A stretch of DNA of 64,000 nucleotides, taken from assembly GCA_964291285.2 (NCBI GenBank), contig OZ219787.1, positions 1,600,001 through 1,664,000 on the forward strand, read 5' to 3'. Positions 26,627 through 36,936 of this stretch are shown piece after piece. Positions within the stretch are counted from its first letter, which is position 1; every line of letters begins with the position of its first letter. Source of the DNA: Alphaproteobacteria bacterium (GTDB lineage: Bacteria; Pseudomonadota; Alphaproteobacteria; Bin95). A program made the translations under genes and the position numbers. Below the pieces are notes generated by a model. It worked only from the letters and a program-made list of their open reading frames with translations. It searched no databases and was not told the DNA's origin.

Positions 26627-27829
26627 TCACGCGGTCTCGCCGCCTATGGCGCCGGCGGCCTCCAGTTCCGCGATGGCCTCGGCCGGGAAGCCGTATTCCG
26701 CGAGCACGTCGCGATTGTGCTGGCCCAGCAGCGGCGGTGGCGTGCGCACGGTCCGGCCTTCGAAGGCGTCCATGCGGATCGGGTTCGAGAGCAGCTTCAG
26801 CGCGCCGACGGTCGGGTGGTCGATCTCCTCGACCATGCCCTGCTGGCGGACCTGCGGATCGGCGAACACCCTGTCGAGGGAATAGACCGGGCCGGTCGGG
26901 ATGCCGCCCTCCATTAGCTCCTTCGTCCAGTCGATGGCGTTCCGTGTGCGGAACCGGACATTCAGGAGTTCGCGCAACTCGTCCCGGTTCGCCCGGCGGA
27001 GGTCGTTCGTGCTGTATTTCTCCTCCGCCAGCAACTCCTCGCAGCCGAGCACCCGGCAGAGCCACTGCCAGTGCTTGTCGCTCGGCGTGGCGACGTTGAG
27101 CGGGCCGTCCTTCGCTTCGAACAGGCCGTAGGGATAGATCGTCGGATGGTCGTTGCCGGCCTGGCCGGGCACCTCGCCGTTCGACAGGTAGCGCTGGCCC
27201 TGCACGCTCAGCAGGCCGACGAGAGCGGCCATTAGCGAGGTCTCGACCCGCTGGCCCTTTCCGGTCACGTGCCGCTGGGCGACGGCGGCGGTGATGGCGA
27301 GCGCGCACCACATGCCGGCCGTGAAGTCGCCGATGGGAACGCCGTAGCGGGTGGGCGCGCCGCCGGGCTCGCCCGTCAGGCTCATCATGCCGGACATGCC
27401 CTGCGCGATCTGGTCGAGGCCGGGCCAGCTTCCGTAGGGCCCGGAACTGCCCATGCCCGTGATGCTGCCGTAGATGACGCCGGGGTTGGCCGCGCTGACG
27501 GCCTCGTAGTCGAGGCCTATCGCCGCCGTCGTCCCGGGCTTGAAATTCTCCACCACGACATCGGCTTCCGCCGCCATCCGGCGCACCGCCTCCAGGCCCG
27601 CCTCATTGCGGAAATCGACGCCGAGGCCCCGCTTGTTGCGGTTGATGGAGAGGTAATAGACGCCGATATCATGGTCGTAGGGCCCCCAGAGCCGCGTCAG
27701 GTCCCCGTTCGGCAGGGGCTCGACCTTCACCACGTCAGCGCCGAAATCGGCGAGGATCATGGTGCAGAACGGGCCGGCGGCGGCGCGCGTCAGGTCCAGT
27801 ACGCGGACGGTCTCGAGCGGCAGCGGCAT
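26627..27829 (-). CDS. Family III CoA-transferase (CaiB/BaiF)
   Basis: 'RVLDLTR..AGP', 'GADVVKVEP', 'NRNKR', 'ADVVVENFKPG', 'PPPLLGQH'. Confidence 0.92.
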   Translation of the reverse strand: MPLPLETVRVLDLTRAAAGPFCTMILADFGADVVKVEPLPNGDLTRLWGPYDHDIGVYYLSINRNKRGLGVDFRNEAGLEAVRRMAAEADVVVENFKPGTTAAIGLDYEAVSAANPGVIYGSITGMGSSGPYGSWPGLDQIAQGMSGMMSLTGEPGGAPTRYGVPIGDFTAGMWCALAITAAVAQRHVTGKGQRVETSLMAALVGLLSVQGQRYLSNGEVPGQAGNDHPTIYPYGLFEAKDGPLNVATPSDKHWQWLCRVLGCEELLAEEKYSTNDLRRANRDELRELLNVRFRTRNAIDWTKELMEGGIPTGPVYSLDRVFADPQVRQQGMVEEIDHPTVGALKLLSNPIRMDAFEGRTVRTPPPLLGQHNRDVLAEYGFPAEAIAELEAAGAIGGETA

Positions 27830-27856
27830 GGCGTGTCTCCGGTTGCTTGCGCGGCC

Positions 27857-28804
27857 TCAACCGTATTTGGCCGCATAGCCGCCGTCGGCCTGCGGTTCGA
27901 CGAAATGGACCAGCAGGCCGCCGCCGAAATTCGAGGGGTGGACGAAGCCGATCAGCGAGCCGCGCCCGCCGGGGCGGCCTTCGAGGTCGATCATGCGCCA
28001 GCCGTCATCGGCGAGCTTCGGCAGCAGCGCGTCGATATCGCGCGTGGCGAAGGCGACATGCGCAAGGCCCGGTCCCCGCCGCGCCACGAATTTCGCGATC
28101 GCGCTCTGGTCGCCCTTGGTGTTGCCCTTCTCCTCGCCGAGCCCGTCCCTCGGCGTCAGCGCCGGGTCGTAGTCCATCAGCATTTCGAGCTCGCAGTCGC
28201 CGATGGTGATGAACACGTCCCGCAGGCCGCCCAGGATCTCCGCCTGGCGCGAATGGTAGACCGCGCCGTATTTGTCGGAGACGAAGCTCTCCGTCACGTT
28301 GCGGATCTCGACATCGGTCTGCGTGCTTTCGACGGGGCAGCCGAGATTGTCCGAGAAGACGCGCACCGTGGCGTCATTGTCGTCCGTGGCGATGCCGAGA
28401 TGGTCGATCTTGTAGGCGGGGCCGTCGGCCGAGGGGATGTCCAGCGGTTCGATGAAGCGGGTGCGGATGCCGACGGTCTCCCGCGGGTCGATGACAACGA
28501 AGCGCCTGCCGTCCGGCCCCGCGCCCTCGGCCGTGACCGTGAGGCCGTGCGCGGCCGCGGCGGCGGCGGGGTCGGGTGCAGCCAGCGCCATGTGGTGGAC
28601 GCCCGGGAATTGCGGCTCTTCCAGGTAGGGATCGTAAGGATCGAATAGCGCCACCGCCGACCTGCCGACGCCGAAGAACGGAACGGGGCGGCCGCCGAGC
28701 GCGACATCGGTCCGCTCCAGGCCGAGCGAGCCGCCGAGGAACCGGCAGGCGGCCTCCACGTCGCGGGCGGCCAGCGCCAGATAGTTGAGCGCGTAACCGG
28801 CCAT
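27857..28804 (-). CDS. VOC superfamily protein with C-terminal methylmalonyl-CoA epimerase-like domain (paralog B)
   Basis: 'KIDHLGIA', 'ELE', 'GPGLAHVAF', 'IDLEGRPG.RG..IGFVHP'. Confidence 0.75.
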   Translation of the reverse strand: MAGYALNYLALAARDVEAACRFLGGSLGLERTDVALGGRPVPFFGVGRSAVALFDPYDPYLEEPQFPGVHHMALAAPDPAAAAAAHGLTVTAEGAGPDGRRFVVIDPRETVGIRTRFIEPLDIPSADGPAYKIDHLGIATDDNDATVRVFSDNLGCPVESTQTDVEIRNVTESFVSDKYGAVYHSRQAEILGGLRDVFITIGDCELEMLMDYDPALTPRDGLGEEKGNTKGDQSAIAKFVARRGPGLAHVAFATRDIDALLPKLADDGWRMIDLEGRPGGRGSLIGFVHPSNFGGGLLVHFVEPQADGGYAAKYG

Positions 28805-28807
28805 GGG

Positions 28808-29734
28808 TCAGACCTCCTCGCGCTGGACGAAATGCATCAGCACGCCGCCGATCATGGTGGGATGCATGAAACCGATGAGCGCGCGGCGGGAGCCCGGCCG
28901 GCCCACCGTGTCGATGGTCCGGTGGCCCGCCGCCCGGAGCTTCGCCAGCGATCCGGCCACGCCCGGCGTCTTGAAGGCGATGTGGTGCAACCCCGCGCCG
29001 CGCGCCGCGATGTAGCGCGCGATGGCGCTGCGGTCGCCGCGCGTGTTGCCGGCCGCGTCGTGCCGCGCGGAATCGACCTCGTTCCCAGTCGTCAGGTCCT
29101 GGATGAACTCCAGCTCCGTGTCGCCGACGGTGATGAAGGTGACCCGCATGCTGCCGACGAGGTGCGACGGCCTGGTGTGGAAGATGTAGTTGTAGGTGTC
29201 GGAGGTGAAATTCTCCGAGATCGTTTCGGTTTCGCTGTCGGTCTGCTGGCTCTCATAGACGCAGCCCAGCCTGTCGATGAACGCCTCGCGCGCCGCCCGG
29301 TTGTCGGAGGACGCAACGCCGAGATGGTCGATCCGCTCGACCATCTCGGACGAACCGGGACCGACGCCGAGCGGCGCCGCAAGGCGCGTGCGCACCCCGC
29401 CGGTCGCCTCGGGCGAAAGCGCCACCTGCGGCCCGCCGCCGAGGCCCTCCGAGACGCCGCCCGCCCTGGCGATGCCGGAGGCGTCGGCCGCGGCCTCCGG
29501 GTCGGCGGCGGCAATCGCCATATGGTGGACGCCCTTCTTCGCGTCCGGCCCGAGGAACGGGTCGTCCGGGCGGAAGAGGGCCAGCGCCGAGCACCCGACC
29601 GAGATGACCGGCACATGCGAGCCGCCGCAGGCGAAGTCCTGCCGCGGCAGCTCGAAATCCTTCTCGAAGATCGCCGCGCTGGCCTCCGGCTCATCGACGG
29701 CGAGCGCCACATAGGCAAGGTCGGGGGCGGTCAT
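28808..29734 (-). CDS. VOC superfamily protein with C-terminal methylmalonyl-CoA epimerase-like domain (paralog A)
   Basis: 'RIDHLGVA', 'ELE', 'GAGLHHIAF', 'IDTVGRPG.R..LIGFMHP'; GGAGG RBS. Confidence 0.75.
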   Translation of the reverse strand: MTAPDLAYVALAVDEPEASAAIFEKDFELPRQDFACGGSHVPVISVGCSALALFRPDDPFLGPDAKKGVHHMAIAAADPEAAADASGIARAGGVSEGLGGGPQVALSPEATGGVRTRLAAPLGVGPGSSEMVERIDHLGVASSDNRAAREAFIDRLGCVYESQQTDSETETISENFTSDTYNYIFHTRPSHLVGSMRVTFITVGDTELEFIQDLTTGNEVDSARHDAAGNTRGDRSAIARYIAARGAGLHHIAFKTPGVAGSLAKLRAAGHRTIDTVGRPGSRRALIGFMHPTMIGGVLMHFVQREEV

Positions 29735-29764
29735 GCGTCCTCCATGCAACCGTTCAGACAGGCC

Positions 29765-30541
29765 TCAGACGACCTCCAGTTCCACCGTGCCCAGCGCCTC
29801 GTGCGTATAGACGGCGCGGTTGCCGGCCTCAAGGAACTGGGTCGGGACGATGGAGCCGGTCATCACAAGCTCGCCGGCGCGGAGCGGCCGGCCGCGGGCG
29901 ATGGCGTTGTTAGCGAGCCAGGCAAGCGGCTCGAAGGGATGGCCCATGGCGTCGCCGCCCCGGCCCTCGCCCACGGACCTGCCGTCGATCTCCAGGCTGC
30001 CGCGCGCGCCCGCGAGGTCGAGCGCCTGCCAGTCGGAGATTTCCGGGCCGATCACCACGCCGCCGTTCCAGGCATTGTCGGCGATGAGCTCGAAGGCGTT
30101 CATGTTGTTGTAGTCGGCCTCGCGGTCGTCGATGAGCTCGAAGGCGGCCGCGACCGCGCCGACATGGGCGGCCACGCTTTCCCGCGTCCAAGGCCGGCCC
30201 GTGTCAGGAAGGTCGTCGGCGAGGTGCACCATCGCCTCGCATTCGAGGCCTATGCGCATCAGCGCCGAGCGCGGCAGACGCGCGGGCGAGTGGTGGACGC
30301 GCTCGGCGAAGATCGCGCCGGCGCAGGGCTGGTCTATGCCGGGCACGACGCGGCGCATGGCGGCGGAGGTCAGCGCCACCTTCCAGCCCGCGACCGGCCG
30401 GGCGAGGCCGGCGACCAGCGCCTCCTGCACCCGGTAGGCCTCGTCCTCGGACCCCGGCGCGATGCCGGCGGGCAGGCGCTCGAAACGCCGGCCCTCGCGG
30501 TGCGCGGCAAGCAGGAAGTCCGCCGCTGCCTGGACAGTCAC
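29765..30541 (-). CDS. Fumarylacetoacetate hydrolase family, 2-keto-4-pentenoate hydratase-like
   Basis: 'AY.VQ', 'GWKVALTS', 'E.E', 'FELIDDR', 'IADNA', 'GHP...LAWLAN', 'GELVMTGS'. Confidence 0.85.
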   Translation of the reverse strand: MTVQAAADFLLAAHREGRRFERLPAGIAPGSEDEAYRVQEALVAGLARPVAGWKVALTSAAMRRVVPGIDQPCAGAIFAERVHHSPARLPRSALMRIGLECEAMVHLADDLPDTGRPWTRESVAAHVGAVAAAFELIDDREADYNNMNAFELIADNAWNGGVVIGPEISDWQALDLAGARGSLEIDGRSVGEGRGGDAMGHPFEPLAWLANNAIARGRPLRAGELVMTGSIVPTQFLEAGNRAVYTHEALGTVELEVV

Positions 30542-30939
30542 ACACCCATCTCCTCGAACACCTTGGACGCCTCGCGGAACGCCTCGACCGCCGCCGGGAC
30601 GCCCGCATAGATGCCGACCTGCAGGAACACCTCGGCGATCTCCTCTTTGGTGACACCGTTGTTGAGGGCGCCGCGCGTGTGCAGGCGGAGTTCATGGGTG
30701 CGCCCGAGGGCGGCCAGCATGGTCAGGTTCATGATGCTGCGGGTCTTGTCCGGCAGGCCGTCGCGGCACCACACCGTGCCCCAGCAATATTCGGTGACGA
30801 ACTGCTGGAGCTGGTGGGCGAAATCGTCCTCCGCGCCCCGGGCGATGGAGGGGCCGACATACTCTTCGCCGAGCACCCGGCGGCGGGCCGCCAGGCCCTG
30901 TTCGAAGCCCGGCGTGCGATTGTAGCTGCTGAGGTCCAT
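30538..30939 (-). CDS. Carboxymuconolactone decarboxylase family protein (PcaC-like)
   Basis: 'GL..RR.VLG..YV', 'TEYCWG.VW.R.GL', 'EL.LH.RGA.NNG', 'YAGVPAA'. Confidence 0.88.
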   Translation of the reverse strand: MDLSSYNRTPGFEQGLAARRRVLGEEYVGPSIARGAEDDFAHQLQQFVTEYCWGTVWCRDGLPDKTRSIMNLTMLAALGRTHELRLHTRGALNNGVTKEEIAEVFLQVGIYAGVPAAVEAFREASKVFEEMGV

Positions 30940-31012
30940 GATCTGGGTCGCTCCCGTTTCGGTCCCCCGCAGCAAAGCCCATTCGCGCCCTGCGCTCAAG
31001 CGGGCAGGGTGG

Positions 31013-32122
31013 TCAGGAGAGCACGGAGATCGTCTTCCGGCGGATGAGGTCGAAGTCGATGGCGGCGCCGAGGCCGGGCGCTTCCGGCGCATGGACGCGG
31101 CCGTCGCCGCCCACGACGATTTCCTCGGCGAGGCCGTAGCGGTGGGCGCCGTCGGGCATCAGCACCTCGAACATCTCCGTGTTCGGGATCGAGCAGATGA
31201 GGTGCAGGTTCGCCATGTTGTTCAGCGAATTGCCGCCGTGATGGACCTCGTAGGACATGTGGAAGGCCTCGGCGAGATGGGCGGTCTTGAGGCAGGCGGT
31301 GAGCCCGCCCTTCACCGCCACGTCGCCGCGCAGATAGTCGGTCGCCTGCAGGAGCAGCCAGGGCGCGTAGGCCTGGAAGCCGCCGGGGCTGTATTCCGTC
31401 GCGAGTATGGGGATGTCGAGCTTCTGGCGCAGCTTGACGTAGTTGGTGATGTCGTCGTCGGCGAGCGGGTCCTCGTACCAGTAGAAGCCGAGGCGCTCCG
31501 CCGCCCGGCCGACGCGCATCGCCGCCGGGTAGTCGTAGGACCAGGTGCTGTCCAGCATGATGCGGTAGTTGTCGCCGACCGCCTTGCGCACCGCTTCGCA
31601 GACGCGGATGTCCTCGTCGGGGTCGGTCGGCGGGTGGATCTTGTAGGCCTTCCAGTTCGCGTCGCGGAAGGAGACCGCCTCCTCGGCATAAGCCTCGGGC
31701 GAGGAGAGCACGGCGGAGCTGGCATAGGCGGGCGCGCTCGTGCGCACGGTGCCCATCAGCCGGTGGATCGGCAGGCCCGCCGCCTTGCCGGCAATGTCCC
31801 ATAGCGCGATATCGACCGCGCCGATGGCCCGCCAGGTGGTGTTGCGGTTGCGCGCCGTGAGCCCGAGATAGAGCCTCTCGCGGTCGAGCGGGTTCTCGCC
31901 CATCACCTGCGGCTTGAGGAAGCGGATGAGCGACTCGGCGTCGCTTGCCGCGCCCCGGCTGGCCGAACCGAGGAAGGCATGGCCCTCAATGCCGTCATCG
32001 GTGCGGAGCGTCAGCAGGCCGAGCTCGCTCCGGCCCTCGAACCGTCCCGTATGCTTGCCGTAGCTGGTCGCCGGGATGTCGTCCCAGGCGAACAGGGTGA
32101 GTGTCACATCGTCGATCTTCAT
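31013..32122 (-). CDS. Enolase superfamily enzyme, mandelate racemase/acid-sugar dehydratase subgroup
   Basis: 'AIGAVDIALWDI.GK', KxH after 'AY', metal ligands D/E/E ('MLD', 'WYEDP', 'ATE'), 'APGLG'. Confidence 0.87.
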   Translation of the reverse strand: MKIDDVTLTLFAWDDIPATSYGKHTGRFEGRSELGLLTLRTDDGIEGHAFLGSASRGAASDAESLIRFLKPQVMGENPLDRERLYLGLTARNRNTTWRAIGAVDIALWDIAGKAAGLPIHRLMGTVRTSAPAYASSAVLSSPEAYAEEAVSFRDANWKAYKIHPPTDPDEDIRVCEAVRKAVGDNYRIMLDSTWSYDYPAAMRVGRAAERLGFYWYEDPLADDDITNYVKLRQKLDIPILATEYSPGGFQAYAPWLLLQATDYLRGDVAVKGGLTACLKTAHLAEAFHMSYEVHHGGNSLNNMANLHLICSIPNTEMFEVLMPDGAHRYGLAEEIVVGGDGRVHAPEAPGLGAAIDFDLIRRKTISVLS

Positions 32123-32211
32123 GGGGCGGCGCGCCCTCCTGCCGTCTTGAACCGGGGCGCGAAGCGTCGCATATGCCGGGCCGGGACGGAACAGGCGTAA
32201 GGGGGAACGGC

Positions 32212-34065
32212 ATGAGCGAAGAGCGCCGGGCGTTTCAGGCGGAGGTCGGGCGCATCCTCGACCTCATGGTGCACTCGGTCTATTCGGACAAGGAAATCTT
32301 CCTGCGCGAGCTGATTTCCAACGCGGCGGACGCCTGCGACCGGCTGCGCTACCGCGCCATCGCCGAGCCGGAATTGCTGGACGGGGACGCCGAATTCCGC
32401 ATCCGCATCGAGGTGGACAAGGAGGCGCGCACCATCGCCGTCGCCGACAATGGCGAAGGCATGGGCCGGGAGGAGCTGGTGGAGAATCTCGGCACCATCG
32501 CGCGCTCGGGCACCGCCGCCTTCGCCGACAGGCTGACCGGCGATGCGAAGAACGACGTGGCGCTGATCGGGCAGTTCGGCGTCGGCTTCTACTCGGCTTT
32601 CATGGTGGCGGAGCGGGTGCAGGTGGTCTCGCGCGCCGCCGGAGCGGAAGAGGCGTTCGCCTGGGAGTCGGACGGGCGCGGCGAATTCACGGTCTCGGAG
32701 GCGGAGCGGGAGCCGCGCGGCACCGTGGTCCGCCTGTATCTCAGGGAAGGCGAGGACGAGTTCCTGGAACCGGCCCGGCTCGGAACCGTGGTCAAGACCT
32801 ATTCGGACCACATCGCCATCCCGGTCGAGATGGACGGCGAGACGGTCAACGAAGCCTCCGCCCTCTGGACCCGGCCCCGGAACGAGATCGAACCGGAGCA
32901 ATATGCCGAGTTCTACCGCCATGTCGGCCATGCCTTCGACGAGCCCTGGCTCACACTGCATTTCCGCGCCGAGGGCGTGATCGAATATGCGGGCCTGCTG
33001 TTCGTGCCGACATCGCGGCCGTTCGACCTCTTCAATCCGGACCGCAAATCCGCGCTCAAGCTCTATGTGAAGCGCGTGTTCATCACCGACGATGCGCCGG
33101 AGCTGGTCCCGGCCTGGCTGCGTTTCCTGCGCGGCGTGGTGGACAGCGAGGACCTGCCGCTCAACCTCTCGCGCGAGATGCTCCAGCGAAACCCCGTGTT
33201 GCGGCGTATCCGCGACGGGCTGGTGCGCCGGGTGCTGGGCGAGCTCAAGACGAAAGCCGAAGCGGACAGGGAAGGCTACGAGACCTTCTGGGAGGCGTTC
33301 GGGCCGGTGCTCAAGGAAGGGCTCTACGAAGACGCCGGCCAGCGCGAGGCGTTGCTGGAACTGGCGCGCTTCCGCTCGACCGCGTCGGAGGACTGGACGA
33401 CGCTCGCCGGCTATGTCGAGCGGATGCGCGAGGGCCAGGAGGCGATCTACTACATCGCCGGCGAGGAGGGCGCGGCACTCGCCGGCAGCCCGCATCTGGA
33501 AGGCTTCCGCGCGCGCAGGGTCGAGGTGCTGCTGTTGCAGGACCCGGTGGACGATTTCTGGGTGCCGGCCGTCGGCGACTATGACGGCAGGCGCTTCGTC
33601 TCGGTCTCGCGCGGCAGCATCGACCTCGGCGCCATTCCGCTGGCCGGGGACGAGGCGCCGAAGGAGGACGCCGCGCCGGAAGCCGACATCGCCTCGCTGG
33701 TCGCGCTCCTCAAGGTCACGCTGGGAGAGGCGGTCAAGGACGTGCGCGGCTCCGAGGCGCTGACCGAGAGCGCCGTGCGCCTGGTGGCGGACGAGGGCGA
33801 CATGGACCTGCATCTGGAGCGGATGCTGCGCCGCCACGGCCAGATCGACGGCGGGGCGTCGCGCCGCGTGCTGGAGCTCAATCCGCGCCACCGTCTGGTG
33901 CAGGGGCTCGCGCGCTCCATGGCCGCGGGCGAGGACCGGGCCGCGCAGTTGGCGCCCCTGCTGCTGGACCAGGCGCGCATTGCCGAGGGCGAGTCGCCGG
34001 AAGACCCCGCCGCCTTCGCCCGCCGCCTCGCCGACGCGCTCGCGGACAGCCTGCCGGCCGCGTGA
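32212..34065 (+). CDS. htpG: Chaperone HtpG (Hsp90)
   Basis: 'YSDKEIFLRELISNA.DA', 'NLGTIARSGT', 'IGQFGVGFYSAF', 'LPLNLSRE.LQ'. Confidence 0.97.
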   Translation: MSEERRAFQAEVGRILDLMVHSVYSDKEIFLRELISNAADACDRLRYRAIAEPELLDGDAEFRIRIEVDKEARTIAVADNGEGMGREELVENLGTIARSGTAAFADRLTGDAKNDVALIGQFGVGFYSAFMVAERVQVVSRAAGAEEAFAWESDGRGEFTVSEAEREPRGTVVRLYLREGEDEFLEPARLGTVVKTYSDHIAIPVEMDGETVNEASALWTRPRNEIEPEQYAEFYRHVGHAFDEPWLTLHFRAEGVIEYAGLLFVPTSRPFDLFNPDRKSALKLYVKRVFITDDAPELVPAWLRFLRGVVDSEDLPLNLSREMLQRNPVLRRIRDGLVRRVLGELKTKAEADREGYETFWEAFGPVLKEGLYEDAGQREALLELARFRSTASEDWTTLAGYVERMREGQEAIYYIAGEEGAALAGSPHLEGFRARRVEVLLLQDPVDDFWVPAVGDYDGRRFVSVSRGSIDLGAIPLAGDEAPKEDAAPEADIASLVALLKVTLGEAVKDVRGSEALTESAVRLVADEGDMDLHLERMLRRHGQIDGGASRRVLELNPRHRLVQGLARSMAAGEDRAAQLAPLLLDQARIAEGESPEDPAAFARRLADALADSLPAA

Positions 34066-34071
34066 CGGGAC

Positions 34072-34809
34072 TCAATACCAAACGCGCGTCAGGCAGAGGC
34101 CGTGGGGCGGGGCGGTCGGGCCTGCGGCGGGGCGCGAGGCGGCTTCGAGCGCCGCGGACACATCGTCGGGCGTGCGCTTGCCGATGCCGACCTCGCGCAA
34201 GGTGCCGGCGATGATTCGCATCTGGTGGTGCAGGAAGGAGCGCGCCTCGGCGTAGAGCACGATCTCGTCGCCCTCGCGGCGGACATCGAGGCGGTCGAGC
34301 GTGCGGACGGGCGAGTCCGCCTGGCATTCCGAGGACCGGAAGCTGCTGAAATCGTGCCGTCCGAGCAGGCGTCTGGCGGCCTCGTCCATCGCGCCTGCGT
34401 CGAGCGGCGTGCCGACATGCCAGACCCGGCCGCGGTCCAGGGCCGGCGGCGCGCGGCGGTTCAGGATGCGAAAGCGGTAGGCACGGCCGGCGGCCGAGAA
34501 GCGGGCGTGGAAATCCGGCGCGGCCTCCTCGGCGCCGAGCACGGAGACGGGCAGTGGGCCCAGATGGTGGTTGACCGCGTCGCGCAGCACGGTGGGCGGC
34601 CTCGCGCCCTCAAGGTCCAGATGCGCGACTTGTCCCTCGGCATGGACGCCGGCGTCGGTCCGGCCCGCGCCCTGGACGCGCACCCGTTCGCCGCAGAAGC
34701 GGAACACCGCCTCCTCCAGCGCCGACTGCACCGAGGGGCCGTTCGCCTGGGCCTGCCAGCCGACGAACGGCCCGCCGTCATACTCAAGCAGGATGCGGTA
34801 TCGCGGCAT
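34072..34809 (-). CDS. truA: tRNA pseudouridine(38-40) synthase
   Basis: 'EYDG..F.GWQ.Q', '[10 protein letters not shown]', 'FHARFSA', 'GPTAPPHGL'. Confidence 0.95.
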   Translation of the reverse strand: MPRYRILLEYDGGPFVGWQAQANGPSVQSALEEAVFRFCGERVRVQGAGRTDAGVHAEGQVAHLDLEGARPPTVLRDAVNHHLGPLPVSVLGAEEAAPDFHARFSAAGRAYRFRILNRRAPPALDRGRVWHVGTPLDAGAMDEAARRLLGRHDFSSFRSSECQADSPVRTLDRLDVRREGDEIVLYAEARSFLHHQMRIIAGTLREVGIGKRTPDDVSAALEAASRPAAGPTAPPHGLCLTRVWY

Positions 34810-35722
34810 CAAGCAGGTCCGTTCCCGCCGGCAGGGGGAAGCCACGCAGGAAGGCGGCGGCCTCCATGGCCGAACGCCCCGGCCGTTGCAGGCGAAGCAG
34901 GCGCAACGCGCCCTCGCCGCAGGCGACGGCGGCGCCGTCGTCCAGCACCCGGCCGGGCGGCCCTTCGCCGGCTTCGATCGCGGCTGCACCGACCCCGATG
35001 CGCTCGCCCCGGAAGGTGAAGCGGGCGCCCGGCCGCGGGGCGAAGGCGCGCACCCGCCGCTCCAGCTCGGCCGCCGGGCGCGTCCAGTCGAGCAGGCTGT
35101 CCTCGCGGGCGATCTTGGTTGCCCAGGTGACGCCAGCCTCAGGCTGCGGAGCCGGTTCGAGGCTGCCGTTCTCCAGCCCCTCCAGCGCCGCCACCGCCGC
35201 CTCGCCGGCGATCTGCGCCAGGCGGTCGTGCAACGTCCCGCCGGTGGTTTCCGGGCCGACAGGCGTGCGCCGCTCCAGAAGCACCGGGCCCGTGTCCAGG
35301 CCTTCGTCCATGACCATGACGGAAATGCCGGTCTCCCGGTCGCCGGCGAGGATCGCATGCTGGATCGGCGCCGCGCCCCGCCAACGGGGCAGCAGCGAGG
35401 CATGGAGGTTCAGGCAGCCGAAGCGCGGCGCGGCCAGGACCGCCGGCGGCAGCAGCAGCCCGTAGGCGGCGGTAACGGCGACATCGAGACGAAGCGCCTC
35501 GAAATCCTGCAGGAGTGCAGGGTCCCGGAGGCTCGCGGGCGTCGCGACCGGAATGCCGTGCGCCTCGGCGAAAGCCTGCACCGGGGAAGGCCTGAGCCGG
35601 TGCCCCCGGCCGGCCGGACGCGGCGGCTGCGCATAGGCGCGCACGACCTCATGTCCGGCGTCCAGCAGCGCCTCGAAAGCCGGCAGGCCGAATTCCGGCG
35701 TGCCCAGGAAGGCGAGGCGCAT
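34784..35722 (-). CDS. fmt: Methionyl-tRNA formyltransferase
   Basis: 'FLGTPEF', 'AYG.LLP', '[17 protein letters not shown]', 'MDEGLDTG'. Confidence 0.96.
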   Translation of the reverse strand: MRLAFLGTPEFGLPAFEALLDAGHEVVRAYAQPPRPAGRGHRLRPSPVQAFAEAHGIPVATPASLRDPALLQDFEALRLDVAVTAAYGLLLPPAVLAAPRFGCLNLHASLLPRWRGAAPIQHAILAGDRETGISVMVMDEGLDTGPVLLERRTPVGPETTGGTLHDRLAQIAGEAAVAALEGLENGSLEPAPQPEAGVTWATKIAREDSLLDWTRPAAELERRVRAFAPRPGARFTFRGERIGVGAAAIEAGEGPPGRVLDDGAAVACGEGALRLLRLQRPGRSAMEAAAFLRGFPLPAGTDLLDAAIPHPA

Positions 35723-35729
35723 GGCGCCG

Positions 35730-36245
35730 TCAGTCCTTCTTGCGGCGCTTCGACTTGTCCAGCCGCCGCAGGATCACGCCGCGCTTGATCGCGGACAGGT
35801 AGTCCACATGCAGCATGCCGTTCAGATGGTCGATTTCGTGCTGGAGGCAGCGGGCGCGCAGGCCTTCGGCCTCAAGCTCCCGCGGCTCGCCGTTCTCGTC
35901 GAGATAGGCGACCCGCACCGCCTCCGGCCGCTCCACATCTACATAGACCTCGGGCAGCGAGAGGCAGCCTTCATTGCCGGTGACGAGCTCCTCCGAGCGC
36001 CAGACGACTTCCGGATCGACCAGCTTCAGCGGGGCCGGCTCTTCCTCGTCGCGCGCGCAATCTATCACCACGAGGCGCTTCAGCACGCCGACCTGCGGCG
36101 CGGCCAGGCCGATGCCGGGTGCGTCGTACATGGTCTCCAGCATGTCGTCGAGCAGGCGGCGGGCCGCGCTGTCCACCTTGCCCACAGGGGCGCAGCGGGT
36201 CCGCAGCCGCCGGTCGGGCGCGATCAGGATGTCGAGTTTCGCCAT
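35730..36245 (-). CDS. def: Peptide deformylase
   Basis: GIGLAAPQ, EGCLS, QHEIDHLNG. Confidence 0.97.
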   Translation of the reverse strand: MAKLDILIAPDRRLRTRCAPVGKVDSAARRLLDDMLETMYDAPGIGLAAPQVGVLKRLVVIDCARDEEEPAPLKLVDPEVVWRSEELVTGNEGCLSLPEVYVDVERPEAVRVAYLDENGEPRELEAEGLRARCLQHEIDHLNGMLHVDYLSAIKRGVILRRLDKSKRRKKD

Positions 36246-36307
36246 AGTCCGCAGGTCGTCGATTCCGCGCCGCCTTATGCCACGGGGCGCCGCCTGCCGG
36301 AAGCCCG

Positions 36308-36868
36308 CTACACGGCCACCCAGCCGGGAGGCGGCTCGCGGCCGGGATGGATGGCGCCGCATTCGGGGCAGGTGCGGGCAGCCTCGTCGGAGTAGAACGC
36401 CTCGAACAGCGGCGGCAGGTCCGTGACGATGTTGGCGACCGGCAGCTCCACCCGATGCACCAGGGCGCCGCACTCGAAGCAGAACCACTCGAACCCGTCG
36501 AGCATGCCGCCGACCCGCGGCGCTTCCACCACCAGCCCGACCGAGCCCGGCACCGGGCGCTGCGGCGAGTGGCGCACATGGGGCGGCAGCATGAACACTT
36601 CACCGGCCCGGATCGGCACATCGTAGATGCGGCCCTCTTCCGCCACCTTGAGGACCATGTCGCCTTCCGGCTGGTAGAAGAACTCCTCTACCGGGTCGTC
36701 GTGGAAGTCCACCCGCTGGTTCGGGCCGCCCACCACCATGACCGTCATGCCGGCTTCCTCGAACACCAGCTTGTTGCCAACCGGCGGTTTCAGCAGGTCG
36801 CGGTGCTCGTCGATCCAGCAGCGGAAATCGAAGGGTCTGAGGCGAGGGTGCTCCAGATAGCCGGTCAT
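36308..36868 (-). CDS. nbaC: 3-hydroxyanthranilate 3,4-dioxygenase
   Basis: 'LKPPVGNK', 'VGGPN.R.DFH', 'EEFFYQ', 'HSPQR', rubredoxin-like CxxC pairs. Confidence 0.93.
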   Translation of the reverse strand: MTGYLEHPRLRPFDFRCWIDEHRDLLKPPVGNKLVFEEAGMTVMVVGGPNQRVDFHDDPVEEFFYQPEGDMVLKVAEEGRIYDVPIRAGEVFMLPPHVRHSPQRPVPGSVGLVVEAPRVGGMLDGFEWFCFECGALVHRVELPVANIVTDLPPLFEAFYSDEAARTCPECGAIHPGREPPPGWVAV

Positions 36869-36936
36869 CGGCGCTCCCTCCCCGCCGGGCGTCAAAACCG
36901 GCAGGGAGGGTAGAACGGAACGCCTCTCGCCGCCAG

